From Podarcis muralis (taxonomy: Eukaryota), in contig NC_135668.1 in assembly GCF_964188315.1 (NCBI RefSeq), forward strand, positions 55,056,001 through 55,120,000: a stretch of 64,000 nt of DNA. The letters run 5' to 3'. Of this stretch, positions 1 through 11,118 are shown piece by piece. Position numbers and translations under genes: made by a program. Below the pieces are notes generated by a model. The model did not search any database. It worked only from the letters and a program-made list of their open reading frames with translations, and was not told where the DNA came from. The stretch's first letter is position 1, and each line of letters begins with the position of its first letter.

Positions 1-197
1 AAGGCAGAATGCAGAGTTCAGAAACGAACTATCTCAGCAGGGTTTTGTGGCTGGGAGCTCCTGTCTTTGCCCTTGGCATCTTGAAGTGATGCCAGAAGGT
101 GAGTTGGAGTGGCCCGGGCTGCCTTCCTCATCCACCAGCCACAGACTCCCAAGGAGGTTCCAAGGGCAGCTCTGACTTCTCCTCTCCTCCCTTGCAG

Positions 198-314
198 GTC
201 CTCTGTGTGCTGGGGACCCTGTTCATCGCCATGTCACTGCAGCTGGACCGCCGAGGGGTTTGGAACATGATGGGGCCCTGCCTCGTTGCCCTCCTCATCA
301 TGATTGCAGCTTGG
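198..314 (+). CDS. PGAP6: PGAP6/TMEM8A penultimate coding exon
   Basis: cag|GTC...TGG|gtaggt, 117 nt, VLCVLGTLFIAMSLQLDRRGVWNMMGPCLVALLIMIAAW (transmembrane segments); phase 0 into the next exon. Confidence 0.9.
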
Positions 315-645
315 GTAGGTGGCTCCTGCTCTCACCCTTTACAGATCAAGACTTGAGCATCTCCTGGCTCAGGTTGCAGCTCTTAGCAGTGGGCTGGGCA
401 GAACCTGCAGCAGGTATTTTACCTTTAAGGTGTGGGCTTCCCCCGCCCTTAACTTCATCACCCATCATGCGCTTTTGGAGTGTAGCCAGCTGAAGAAAGA
501 CCCAGCTGACTTCTCCCAGAGCCTTGGGGTGGGTGGGTGGGTGCATCTGGTCTCGGTGGATGGGCAGAGCCCACATCTAGAGACCCTCTGTGGTTGCCCT
601 CTGCCCCACCTGGGATGGCCCGTAACCCCCACCTTCCTCCTGCAG

Positions 646-942
646 GTTCACCGTGGCGTGACCCGGCGCGACTGCTACCCGCCCTCCTGGAAGCGCTGGG
701 CTTTCTTCCTCTGCCCTGGGATCACCCTGGCTGTGGTGGCCATTATGGTGTATGCCTTCATTCAGACCAAAGAGAACTACTTCTACACGCACAGCATCTG
801 GCACATCCTGGTGGCCTCCAGCGTGGCCTTCCTCCTCCCACCTGGAGACAAGCTCCAGAATCCGTGGGACTGGTCCCGCAAGCTGCTCTGCCGCTACCAG
901 ATTTGCAAGAACGACCGCGAGGAGCTCTACGCGGTGACGTGA
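646..942 (+). CDS. PGAP6: PGAP6/TMEM8A last coding exon
   Basis: tgcag| acceptor, 297 nt to TGA; YYTHSIWH-like motif (FYTHSIWHIL) and C-terminus KNDREELYAVT match TMEM8A/PGAP6; upstream exons lie outside the window. Confidence 0.92.
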   Translation, partial: VHRGVTRRDCYPPSWKRWAFFLCPGITLAVVAIMVYAFIQTKENYFYTHSIWHILVASSVAFLLPPGDKLQNPWDWSRKLLCRYQICKNDREELYAVT

Positions 943-3147
943 CAGACTGAGAGGGGGCGGACTCTTGTGAGGCTCTGGCCCCAAGTGCCTCCCTCTACGC
1001 TTCTGGGTCGGCTTGCCAGCCGCTTTCTAGGGCCACTTGGGCGTGCAGGGAGAAGGCCAGGAGAGACCATCATGCTGGCCGGGTGAAGAACAGGGAGCTG
1101 CAAGGGTCCATAAGACAGATGGCTCACTAGTCTTCACCCTAACCTGAGAGGTCACCCACTCATGAAGCAGGTCTCTCCTCCAGTGGAAACAGCAGGGCTT
1201 TCTGGAGCCTTCCGGTGCATCGCCACAGCCTGCTTTTATTGAATCTGCGTGGCTGGGAACTGGGAACCAGGCAGTTCTGCAATCCTGGGAGTGGGGGTGG
1301 AGTGACAACTAGAGTCAAGTGTTCCTTGTGGGGCTTGTAGTGTGGTGGGCGATCACAAGACAGGAGGCTGGTGTGCAGCTCTTGGCACCCTCACTCCTGT
1401 TAATGTGGGAAGAAGAAACAGGGCTGCTCAAACCCGGGAGGGGCGTGTGAATGGTAAGAGTGCAAGGGACACACCTGGGCTGGGCGGGGAGGAGAGGCGT
1501 CCTTGCTGGCCGTGGTTGGAGAAACCATGTATTGCTCAGGGAGGTGCCAACTTTCTGTGTCCTGAACTAAAAAGCTGAGCTGGAGCAGCCCAGTTCTGTT
1601 CCTCTGCCTGTAGGTGCCAAGCGAGCTCTGCCACTCTTTGCCAGGCCTGAGACTGACTTGGTCACGTGATACTGCTGAATGAAAACCTCGTGGCACTGTT
1701 GCCATTCAGCGGTGTGCATCCACCAGCCAGGTTGTTCAAGATTCTTCAACTGCTGGTGGGCTTTGGACTTGGGTGCAAGCAGGGAGATCCTGTTCTTGCA
1801 TCTTTCTCTCCACCACTTTGGGGCTACTCCCCCTGTTTTGGGGGAGCCACAATGAATGTAAAAGCCCTCAGCCAAATGACTGAGCTCTTTGCAGTCCCAG
1901 AGCTCTTAGTCCTTGTGGCCAGGCAAGAGCCCAGCACTGTTTGCTCACCTGTCTTCTGGCTCTCGCAGCTGGCACTGCTGGGCCAGGATAAGACCATGAC
2001 AAACCCTTTTGCAAATGCAGACACAGGTGGAAGAGCCAGGGACTCCAGAGAGTTCTTTTAGCGCAATAACACACACTCCTGTTTGAAGGTCCTTAATTTG
2101 GGGTGTTTTTTTTTTTTTCTTCCCCTCAGTCACTGCAGGGCATGGAAGGGACACTAATCTTAAATGGGTAAATTGTTATTTTGTTGATTACCTCAGGAAG
2201 AACTTCAGCAACTGCAGTTCAGAAAGTTCTGTTAGTACCTTGTTAACTTTATGTTATACTTTGCCTTTTTGAAGCTGTTTAAATTGATTTAAGCTGTCAT
2301 TTCGTTCAATTAAAAGTTATGCACACTGCGCTCCTTTGCCTTTGGTGCTTATTTCTAGCAATCTAATTAGAAGTGCAGGGAGTATGTCTGAAAACCATTT
2401 GAGCAGAAGCAGGAGGCAGCCCCCACCCTGCCCCACAGCAGACTGGGCAGCCTCCATTTTGGGACTCTTACCGCCACCTTGGACCTTGGAAAAGCTGCCT
2501 TCTGCTGGGTGGGGTGATCGCTGGCCAGCCACACAAAGTTTGCTTGGAGATGAGGGGGCTTCTTGCTTCCCTTCAGTGTGTCCCTCACTTCACAGGAGGT
2601 CTGGAGGGTGGTAACACGATAACGGGGCCTTTTCTGCAGGGCCTGCCTGCTTTAGGATGCTCTCCTTGGGGAGCCTCGCATGGCACCTTTTATTGCATAT
2701 ATTTAGGCGCCAGGTGAAAATGTTCTTCAGCCAGACATTTGACAATTTATGGCTTTCTAAAGTGTGTGGGGGGGGGGAACTGTCTTTCCCCCTTCCCTTT
2801 CCCCATTATTATATTCTGCATTTTGTGTTTTATGATGTAACCCGTCCTGTGGTCTTTTGATTAAGGGCAGTGTATGGTTGGTTGGGTCCATCTGTCTCTG
2901 GGGACAATGGAGGAATGCCCCCTTGGGGGTGAAGGCAAACTCCTGGAAGGTTGCAGTGCCTGCTGTGGTTGTAGAGACTGATACAGGAGAGACATGTTTT
3001 ATTGCAGCAGGGGCAGATGAAGACATCTGGTTGTGCTGCACCACGGTGTTTCTTCTCTCTGTGCTCCTCTCAGCGGTCATTCCTCCTCTGGTCACTGCTA
3101 TGGATGCACAATCTGACTGACTGTCTCCAGGCACTGTGGTTGTAGTA

Positions 3148-3523
3148 GGGAGCAGGTTGTGCTGTGGTCTAAACCACTGAGCCGCTTGAGCTCCCAATCG
3201 GAAGGTCGGTGGTTTGAATCTGGGGGTGAGCTCCCGTTGTTCTGTCCCAGCTTCTGACAACCTAGCAGTTTGAAAGCACACCAATGCAAGTAGATAAATA
3301 GGTACCACTGCAGCAGGAAGCTAAACGGCGTTTCCGTGTGCTCTGACACTCATCACAGTCCTCCATTGCACCAGAAGCGGTTTGGTCATGGTGGCCACAT
3401 GACCAGGAAAGCTGTCCATAGACAAACGCTGGCTCCCTCGGCCTGAAAAGTGAGATGAGCGCTGCAACCCCATAGTCGCCTTTGACTGGACTTAACCGCC
3501 CAGGGGTCCTTCACCCTTTTTAC
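3148..3523 (+). mobile_element. Sauria SINE
   Basis: tRNA-like head (gctgtggtctaaaccactgag...ggtttgaatc), typical core and Bov-B-like 3' tail; aligns by eye with copies at 28068, 39270 and 53005. Confidence 0.85.
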
Positions 3524-3765
3524 TGTGGTTGCCTGCAAGGAATTCCCACATGGCAGCGTTGATATTGCCAGCCTTCATGTCCCATTTGCAGACATCTTTG
3601 TAACGCAGCGTTGGCCTGGTGCCTGAAGCCAGCTCCCGGCAGAGCACATCCTTGGGGATCCTGCCATCTTCCATTCTGCGGACGTGACCAAGCCAGGTAG
3701 ATGTCGCTGAGACAGGAGTGGGAACATGCTGGGAATGTGGGCTTGGGAGAGCACATCTGTCCTGC
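3524..3765 (-). mobile_element. RTE-clade LINE ORF C-terminal fragment
   Basis: WLGHVRRMEDGRIPKDVLCRELASGTRPTLRYKDVCK is the typical RTE post-RT motif. Confidence 0.75.
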
Positions 3766-3899
3766 CATGCGATGCCCAATTTTCCTGACGCAGCACATAA
3801 ATTTAATAATAACCATAGATTAATACACCATAATGATAAGAGGGTTTGTGACCCCCTTTCCTGCTTCAGTCATTTAAAACTGATGACGAAACCAACACT

Positions 3900-4860
3900 C
3901 GTCACTCTCGGCCCGCCTCGCGGGGTTGTTGTGCGAGGACGAGGTGGAGGGCGGGGGGGGGAGAGAAGCGCAGCTCCCGCCCCCGCCTCGAGCCCCCGGG
4001 GAAAGCGGGGCGCGGCGGAGCGACGAGGAGGCCCGGACGCCGCCGACCCCCGCGCGCGGCCTTGTGGAGCGAAGCCCCTCGGATCCTCGCAGGCCCGCTG
4101 CCATGGTAACGGCGTAGGGGCGGGACTCTCGGAAACGCGGCGCTCTGCTCCAATGAGAAACAAGCAGGAAGGACGGCCTTCTTCCCTCCCCGTCTGGCGG
4201 CCGCGCTTTGCTTCCGGGTCGGTGGTGCCCTGCGCCTGCGCGAGGCCGCTCTTGACCTTTGCCCTCGCTTTGGCGGAAGGAGCCTGCGCCGTGGCTCGGC
4301 GGGCGCAGACAGAGGCCTAGGGGACGCCCGACCGCCCTTCTTCGCCCTCTCGGTTCTTCCGGCGGCGGGATGCCTCTGCACAAGATCCCCCCGCGGCTGT
4401 GGGACGCGCTGAAGCTGCAGCAGGGCATCTACGCGCGCCTGCCGGCCCACTACCTCCGCGCGCTGCAGGAGGAGGCCGCGGCGCCGCCCCTCGCCGTCCA
4501 CTGGAGGCCCCGAGGCGCCCAGCACGTGCGGAACCGCAGGACCGGCGACCGGGAGCGCGTGCAGGACGTGCCCGTGCCCGTCTACTTCCCTCCCGAGAGC
4601 CAGCAGGGCCTGTGGGGCGGAGAGGGCCTGGTGCGCGGCTGGCGCTACGCCCGGGGAGACAAGGTGCGCTGCCGGGCCGAGGGGGCTGGGCGGGCGGGTC
4701 CCGGCTCGGGGGCCTCGGGGGAAGGCCGGGGGGCGCGGGCCTCGCGGGGAGGAGGAGGCGCCTGGCTCCAGGACCCGGGGAGCCGCTGCTGCCGGTCCGT
4801 GGAAGCGACGCCCCGCGAGGTGGACCCGCCGGGCAGCGGGGCCTCCCGTTTGGTCTGAGC
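3900..4860 (+). promoter_or_regulatory. MRPL28 CpG-island promoter
   Basis: CpG-dense; GC box near 4118, CCAAT near 4150, ETS-like CTTCCGG near 4211, spanning the start codon. Confidence 0.75.
4370..4663 (+). CDS. MRPL28: MRPL28 coding exon 1 (mitochondrial ribosomal protein bL28m)
   Basis: ATG 4370, [11 protein letters not shown]...[17 protein letters not shown]...GDK|gtgcgc, 294 nt. Confidence 0.95.
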
Positions 4861-4916
4861 TTTCCCCTCCCAGCCGCCAGGATCTTGGCTGCATCTGCTC
4901 TTCCTTGTGTCCTCAG

Positions 4917-5069
4917 CTTGCCGCCAGGGTGAAGAAGATCTGGAAGCCGCAGCTCTTCTATCGAGATCTCTACAGTGAGATCCTGGATAAGAAGTTGACG
5001 ATTACAGTCACCATGCGGACGATGGACCAGATTGACGCTGTCTACGGCTTTGATTATTACATCTTAAAG
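4917..5069 (+). CDS. MRPL28: MRPL28 coding exon 2
   Basis: cag|[26 protein letters not shown]...FDYYILK|gtagg, 153 nt. Confidence 0.95.
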
Positions 5070-5358
5070 GTAGGTTTGTGGTGATAGCTTGACAGGCTGC
5101 TGTTCTGTCTGCAAGCGTGGGAAAGCCAATATGACAGCTATCAGATGAATACTTCATGATGGCCTTGAACGGTGTGGTGTGAAGCAGCCTTTGTGGGCCA
5201 CGTCCCAGAGCTCTCCTTTGAGTGATGGAGGTCCTTCCTGAACTATTTGACAGAAGTCATAAGGACTGTCGTCTGCTTGCCATTGAAAGCCCCTCTTTGC
5301 CCTGAACATATCGGTGGAAACTGGTGACAAGCCGTTGCATCTTTCTCTGACCTCACAG

Positions 5359-5493
5359 ACCCCAAAAGCTGAGCTGTGTTCTAAACTGGGAATGGACCTG
5401 AAACGCACAATGCTTTTACGACTTGCCCGCCGGGACCCTTCCCTCCATCCAGATGACCCAGCAAAGAGGGAGGCTATTTACGACAAATACAAG
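5359..5493 (+). CDS. MRPL28: MRPL28 coding exon 3
   Basis: cag|[16 protein letters not shown]...IYDKYK|gtgggt, 135 nt. Confidence 0.95.
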
Positions 5494-5685
5494 GTGGGTG
5501 TCTTCTTTTCCTTCAAGGGTCTGGAGGGGCCCATAAGTGGTCCGGTGGCATTCCTGTGGGAATGCTGTAGGACCATTTCAGTTCCCTCTCAGTTTGGTTT
5601 GGTCCAGGGAGCTATTGTAGTGGGTGAAGAGGCAGACCTACGAATCAGGAATCCCCAGTTCAGATCTTGCAGTGTTGCTTTAAGG

Positions 5686-6692
5686 CAGTGTTTCCCAACC
5701 GGTGTTCCGCGGCACAGTAGTGTGCCGCGAGATGTTGCCTGGTGTGCCGCTCCGGCGGCTCCTCTGCGGCGGCGGCTACAGCGGCAACCTCGGGCGGCTC
5801 CTGAGGCGGCGAAGGCGGCCCAGCGGCCGGAGGCGAAGACGGTTGCGGCTGCTCCCGACGCTCACCAGCGGCCTCCTCTTCCTCGCCGCTGCTGCTTCGC
5901 GGCTTCTCCTCCTCCGCCTTCTCCTTCTCCTCGCCGCCGCCTTTTTCGGGCTCCGGCTCCTTCTTCCCCTCAGGCTCCTCCGCGGAAGGCCCGTCCGGCA
6001 GCTCGGCCTCCGAGTCGCCGCTGCTGCTGCCGCCGCCGCCTCTTTCTCCTCCGCTACCGCCGCCGGGCTCTCCTCCTCCTCCTCCGGGCCCCTCGTCCTG
6101 GGCGGGCAGAGCGGCGGGGGTCTCGGCGGCTGCCGGGCTCTCCTGGGTCTCCTGCATGGGGGGCTACGCGGCCTTCCCGCTTGCCTCACACGCGCGGCGC
6201 ACGAACAGGCAAGGCGGCGCGCTGGGCCGAAAAGGGGGAGGGAGGGGGCACAGAGCGCGCAGGGGAGGCGCCCTCTCGCCGGGCTATGTGCGCGAGAGCG
6301 GACCCGGCGGCGAGTCTCGCGAGAGGGGCAGGGACCAACTCGGCAGACGAGAGGGGGAAGGAACGGATTCCAAAACCGGTGTCTTGTATATGTTAATTTG
6401 TATATGTTAATTTCCTATGTTAATGGGCTAGGACAGGGTTTGCGATCGGTTAATGCCCAGTTATGCTTTCCCCCTAGGAATTAGGCGTTTCGGTCTTGAG
6501 GTACGCTCGCTTCACACCCCACTTGGAGGTTCCCCGGCAAGGGGGAGGGAAAAAAATTGAAAGTTACACTTTCGTGCGTCCCTTCCGGCGTGACGCTGCG
6601 CGCTGACGTCACGGGGCTGTAATGGTGGTGTGCCTCGAGATTTTTTTCATCAAACAAGTGTGCCTTTGCCAAAAAAAGGTTGGGAAATACTG
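5686..6692. mobile_element. Non-autonomous hAT DNA transposon with captured CpG-island cargo
   Basis: TIRs CAGTGTTTCCCAACC (5686-5700) and GGTTGGGAAATACTG (6678-6692), 14/15 match; 8-bp TSD CTTTAAGG at 5678-5685 and 6693-6700; subterminal GTGTGCC repeats at 5720, 5742, 6628, 6658; no transposase. Confidence 0.92.
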
Positions 6693-7315
6693 CTTTAAGG
6701 GTTACAAATAGGGTAACATCTGTAGAATGCTTTAAATACATAATAGTAAATATTATTTCCCCACCCCAAGATGTCCACATTGGTTGGATGATTGTAGCAG
6801 CTAATTTTTTGCTTTTGAGCCAGCATCCATCATAATCTGCAATTGCTGTGAACACCAATCATCATTCTTGTAGCAACACTAAGGGCTGTAGATTGGTTAT
6901 GAAAGCTTTTCTGTGCTTGCACCAATGCGTAAGGGCTAAGAGTCCCAGCTGTGCTCTGTATTTCCCACTTCCTAGAACTTGGCTAGAGGGACACATGGCA
7001 CTGGTGGAAGTTGCATAGTTAGAGGGTGTAGAAAGGCCAGTATAACTGTTGATATGCCTACATATATAATGGCTGCTGTTACTGTCTTTCCACCCCTGGT
7101 AATGCAGAATCCAGTGGCATCTTCAGAAAGGCTGTAGTGACAAGTATAATAGAGCCCAGGATAGGGTTGGGAACCCCTGAAAAGCTGCCAGTCAGTGAAC
7201 AATATGGTGGGCTAGTGGTCTGACATGGTACAAGGTAGTCTTCAATCTTGCTGTCTTTGCTGCCTCCCAGTGAGTCTCTGTGCTGAGAGCTAACGCGTGT
7301 TACCTTTGCATGCAG

Positions 7316-7402
7316 GAGTTTGTGATCCCAGAGGAAGAAGCAGAATGGGTTGGGCTGAGTTTGGAAGAAGCTGTGGAAAAGCAGCGACTCCTGGAGAAGA
7401 AG
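7316..7402 (+). CDS. MRPL28: MRPL28 coding exon 4
   Basis: cag|[29 protein letters not shown]|gt, 87 nt. Confidence 0.95.
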
Positions 7403-7911
7403 GTGTGTTTTCACCCTTTGTGTTTGTGGCCCAATCCCAGTAAAGTATTGTCTCTGGAACATCCACCTATGACCCTCAAAGCTGTGGAAAATAAGTGTGC
7501 TTTTTGCTTTTATGCCGAGGTGCAATACATTCCATTGCTAAGGTTTGCTGTCTATGGGACTACATGGAATATGCTCCTTTTGCTTAGTTATGGAGGGGTG
7601 GGAGGCATCTTAGTCGGACTCTGCAGATGCTAGACTGGCTCCTGTAATCACTGGTATCCAAAATGCTGTTGATTTCTCTCGAGGGCTGCTGTGATGCTTT
7701 GGATTGGCTCACACATAACACTAAGGCGTGTGTTACTTGGATTGTCCGAGTCCAGCCCAGAGGCTTCACGTTAGTAAATCAGGGTTTGTTTTGGGTTATA
7801 ACCTGTGGTTAACATTGACCATGGCTTTGTTTTAATGTGCAAACCTAGCCTTTGTATAATCAGGTCTCTTCCTCATTGTGTTTTCCTCCCTGCCCCCAAT
7901 CTTTCTCTCAG

Positions 7912-8007
7912 GATCCTGTTCCCTTGTTCAAAGTCTATGCAGAAGAACTGGTGCAGCAGCTTGAAGCACAGAAACTTTCTGAATCGGCTGAAGTGCAGAA
8001 GGTCTAA
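7912..8007 (+). CDS. MRPL28: MRPL28 coding exon 5 (last)
   Basis: cag|DPVPLFKVYAEELVQQLEAQKLSESAEVQKV*; spliced total 254 aa. Confidence 0.93.
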   Translation, partial: DPVPLFKVYAEELVQQLEAQKLSESAEVQKV

Positions 8008-8543
8008 CAGGAGAATCAAGCACTGTGAACTTCTCTTTGGGCTTATGTTAAACAGACCAAGGGATGGAACTTTTCCCCTGAGAGAGCTGGATCCAGAATG
8101 GTAATGTGCTCGCTGTCTGATACTTGTCATGTAAAGGCTGCTCTGCCCCCTGGACTTGGGAGGGGACTAGCTGCCTCGAGCTACCTCCTCACGTTCCATT
8201 CAGGATGCTTTTGCCGTAAAGAAAAGGAGGAGGCTTTCAGTTCATGGCTTCCCAGCTTCTCCTGCATGTTGCTGCTCAGCCTCTACACCTGCAGCCACCA
8301 TGTGGTCCGTGATCCCCAACTTTGAGGCTGGTCGTCATGAGAGCCTTTTGCCACCAGGCTTTGGAGCACCCTGGAATGCAGAGACCCTCAGGTCTTCTCT
8401 CAGGTCCTCAGAGACCCTCAGGTCTTCAGGGCCAGACAGCAACATTTGCAGCAGAATACAAAAGCCGTCGGCTGACCTCTCTTGAGGAACAAGCCACATC
8501 CTGTAACCTTAATTAAGATCCAAAGCACAGCAGGAAAGAAAAG

Positions 8544-8549
8544 AATAAA
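8544..8549 (+). terminator. MRPL28 polyadenylation signal
   Basis: First AATAAA about 540 nt after the stop, followed by U-rich sequence. Confidence 0.6.
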
Positions 8550-9215
8550 CGGCTTCTGAATTATTATTGAAACGGTGTAGTCTCTTGTTCTTTTTAGCTG
8601 GAGTAAGAAACCAAAGGGACAAAAGCTGGAGCGTTAGGAACTGGCTTGCTGTCTCCCCAGCTTGGAGGACTGTTGCTGTGTGGCAGACCTCTGAGCCCCT
8701 GGGTCCTTGCTTTCTGGAATGTCCCTCAAGCCCAGTTAAGGCACATGCCTACCAGGACATGGTGTGGCAAGGATACAATCCCATTCGCCCTCCCAGGCAT
8801 GGACCAGGAAAGTGGCAGCAGCAGCCACTGGGAGAACCAGTGTGGGCAGCCTGGGCATCATCGGGGGTGGGGGGCGGCACGGCGGCTTTGTTTACAAGAG
8901 CAGCCAGAATTACTGTATGCAAACATCTGTTCTTGTCCTGAAGTCATCTGAGTTAAGCTTCAGTTGCCAAGTATCCTATGGCTCCTTAGTTTTAAATGAA
9001 AGAGCCACCTTGATGGGTCTGGCTGCAGTGTAATGACTCATATTTAGTTTAAAATTATACATCCCACTTTTCACCATTTTTTAGGGTGCAAAGTCGCTTA
9101 CAGCAATAAACTACACAGTATACAACATTTAAAATGCTTAAATTTAAAATCTGAAGAATTTAAATAGCATGTGGGCCTGAAAGTTTCTACTCCAAATCCT
9201 GCCTTGCAGAATGTG

Positions 9216-9250
<35 letters not shown>

Positions 9251-9329
9251 GTGAGGATAGTATAGCTTGCCACAAAAAGGTGGTCATTGGCTGCTAGTCA
9301 TGGCTCTGTACCACCTCCAGTGTTGGAGG

Positions 9330-9490
9330 TTGTTTGCCTCTTCACCTGTTTGTTACACTTGTTCTTCTCCCCACTTTCCCCTTTATCCTCACAACAACCC
9401 TGTGAGAGAGTCACTGGCCTAAGGTCACTGAGCAAGCTTTGTGGCTGAAAGGGAAATGGAACCCTGGCCACTCCAACCGCTGCCCCACCC
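9330..9490 (-). mobile_element. tRNA-derived squamate SINE fragment
   Basis: Contains cctcacaacaaccctgtgag and a reverse-complement B-box; related to the copies at about 15.1, 16.8, 23.8, 29.7 and 61.6 kb. Confidence 0.6.
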
Positions 9491-11030
9491 TGGCTCTTGA
9501 GTAGCAGTTGCTTGGGGATACCAGTAAAGAGTGCTGTTGTGATCACGTCCCACAGGCATCTGCTTGTGAGTACAGGACTAGATGAGCCTTTGCAGCCAGG
9601 CTCTTCAGATGTGCTGATGTGAGCAGGGCGGATAGGAGAGCTTGTGGAGTATGGTAGCTTCTGCTTGCTGCCTCTGAGTGGCGTCTGCCAGATACCTCGG
9701 GGAGGCACAGAAACAGGGCCTTCATCATGGGTCAGACTTTGCTGTCTTGTCTAGCTGGTAATGAATGACAAGATACCTTGAAATAAGTGTTTCTGAAGTC
9801 ATTTTTGTTATGGTCATTACAACATAGTTGACACCAGGTGGAGGAATCCTGTCTTTTCGTTTGGGGCCTGTTGCCTGCTGTTGCCTCTGATGTTTTTGTG
9901 TGTTTTGGGGGCTGTCTAAGAAATAACAGCTCCAGTCTCTAGTTCTACCATCCTCAAATTCCCTGATGGCCTCAGCTGTCCTTTTCTGCGAATTTTCCAA
10001 TGCCAGGCTATCCTTTTTGAGACTCTCTCTATCTCTGTTGCCATTGCCTGCTCCAGATTCTCCAGATGCTCTCTGGAACATACCTCTCTGTGGCGTGGCT
10101 TCGATGGGTGGGAAGCCTCCTTGGAGAGCTGTTAGTGCTATGGAGGAGGCTCCTTTCTTCTCCTCCTCCTTTTCTCCTTTTCTTGGTGCAGCAGGTTCCA
10201 TCCTTTGGCCTTTGCCTCCTCTCACTTTGCAGGAACTTACTTCAATGTCAGTTGTTGGCTGTTAGGGTTCCAGGTCGCCCTTCGTCTCATAGCATTTACC
10301 AGCCAAGGGCACTTCAGGGCTAGAAGATCCCTATCATTGGGACTATAGGGGTGTGGGGCCACCAGACACCTGTGGGCTTTGGGGCAAGTCCAGAGCGATG
10401 CAGGTGCCCACGATATGTCCCTGTCCTGAAGGGGTCACTGCAGAGGCCCATGTGATGGTGGAGCCCCCATGGAGAGAGTCTCGTGCCTTTTACTGGCCTT
10501 GTCTTCATCTGACTCCTTGGGAAGGTGGCGTTTGGTGATGTGGCTCTTTCACGCTAGGCAGGTGCCAACTTCACCGTTGGTACAGTGGGAAGGAAGATCC
10601 TATTCAGCCTGCAGTAAATTCCCGTGAAAGGCAAAAGCAGCTGATGCAAGTATAATTTCCATTCAATGGGACTGCCACAATATCCTCTCCCCCGCCGCAG
10701 CTCGATGCTTTTCGCTGTCCTCTCTCTCTGCCTTCAGCCTTCGTTTTCCGCCCAAAGATTCCTCGGTTTGGCGCAGGGTAGGGCCGCCCATGCACAGAGG
10801 AGTCCCATGACCATGAGACGCTGTGCGCTCAGTTGCCGCGAGGAGCGGAAGGTGCCCAGATGGGGAAAGTGAGGTGGCACCTTCTTCCCACGGCGTCGCG
10901 GGAGTTTGCTGCCTCTTCTGGCCTCGCCCTAAAAGCCGAGGGGGGAAGCGGTCCTAGGCGGGATGAAAGTGGCCTGTCTCGACTGTTTATCCGGCAATTA
11001 TAAGTACATCAGTGGTGCCTACGGGGGCTG

Positions 11031-11118
11031 GTTGCCATAGTTACAATAGGATTTGAAGGACCATCATTTGGTCCTGGCCTCAGCCAATCAGGGTGAGGAG
11101 CCAAAGCTGCAGTATAAA
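11031..11118 (+). promoter_or_regulatory. Candidate promoter: RFX X-box + CCAAT + TATA
   Basis: GTTGCCATAGTTAC 11031-11044, CCAAT 11084-11088 and TATAAA 11113-11118 in a CpG-enriched patch; followed by ATG 11156 and donor CAG|GTGAGA at 11261. Confidence 0.5.

Noticed and set aside
3718-4932. Several long overlapping ORFs (up to 330 aa) around the MRPL28 start
   Set aside because: GC-rich CpG-island DNA is depleted of stop codons; only the frame from ATG 4370 matches a known protein and splice pattern.
5314-6396. 360-aa plus-strand ORF
   Set aside because: It runs from MRPL28 exon 3 through intron and the antisense strand of the transposon cargo; explained by base composition.
8380-8430. Short direct repeat gagaccctcaggtctt in the MRPL28 3' UTR
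   Set aside because: Two copies of a local micro-duplication; no CRISPR-like or other structured array.
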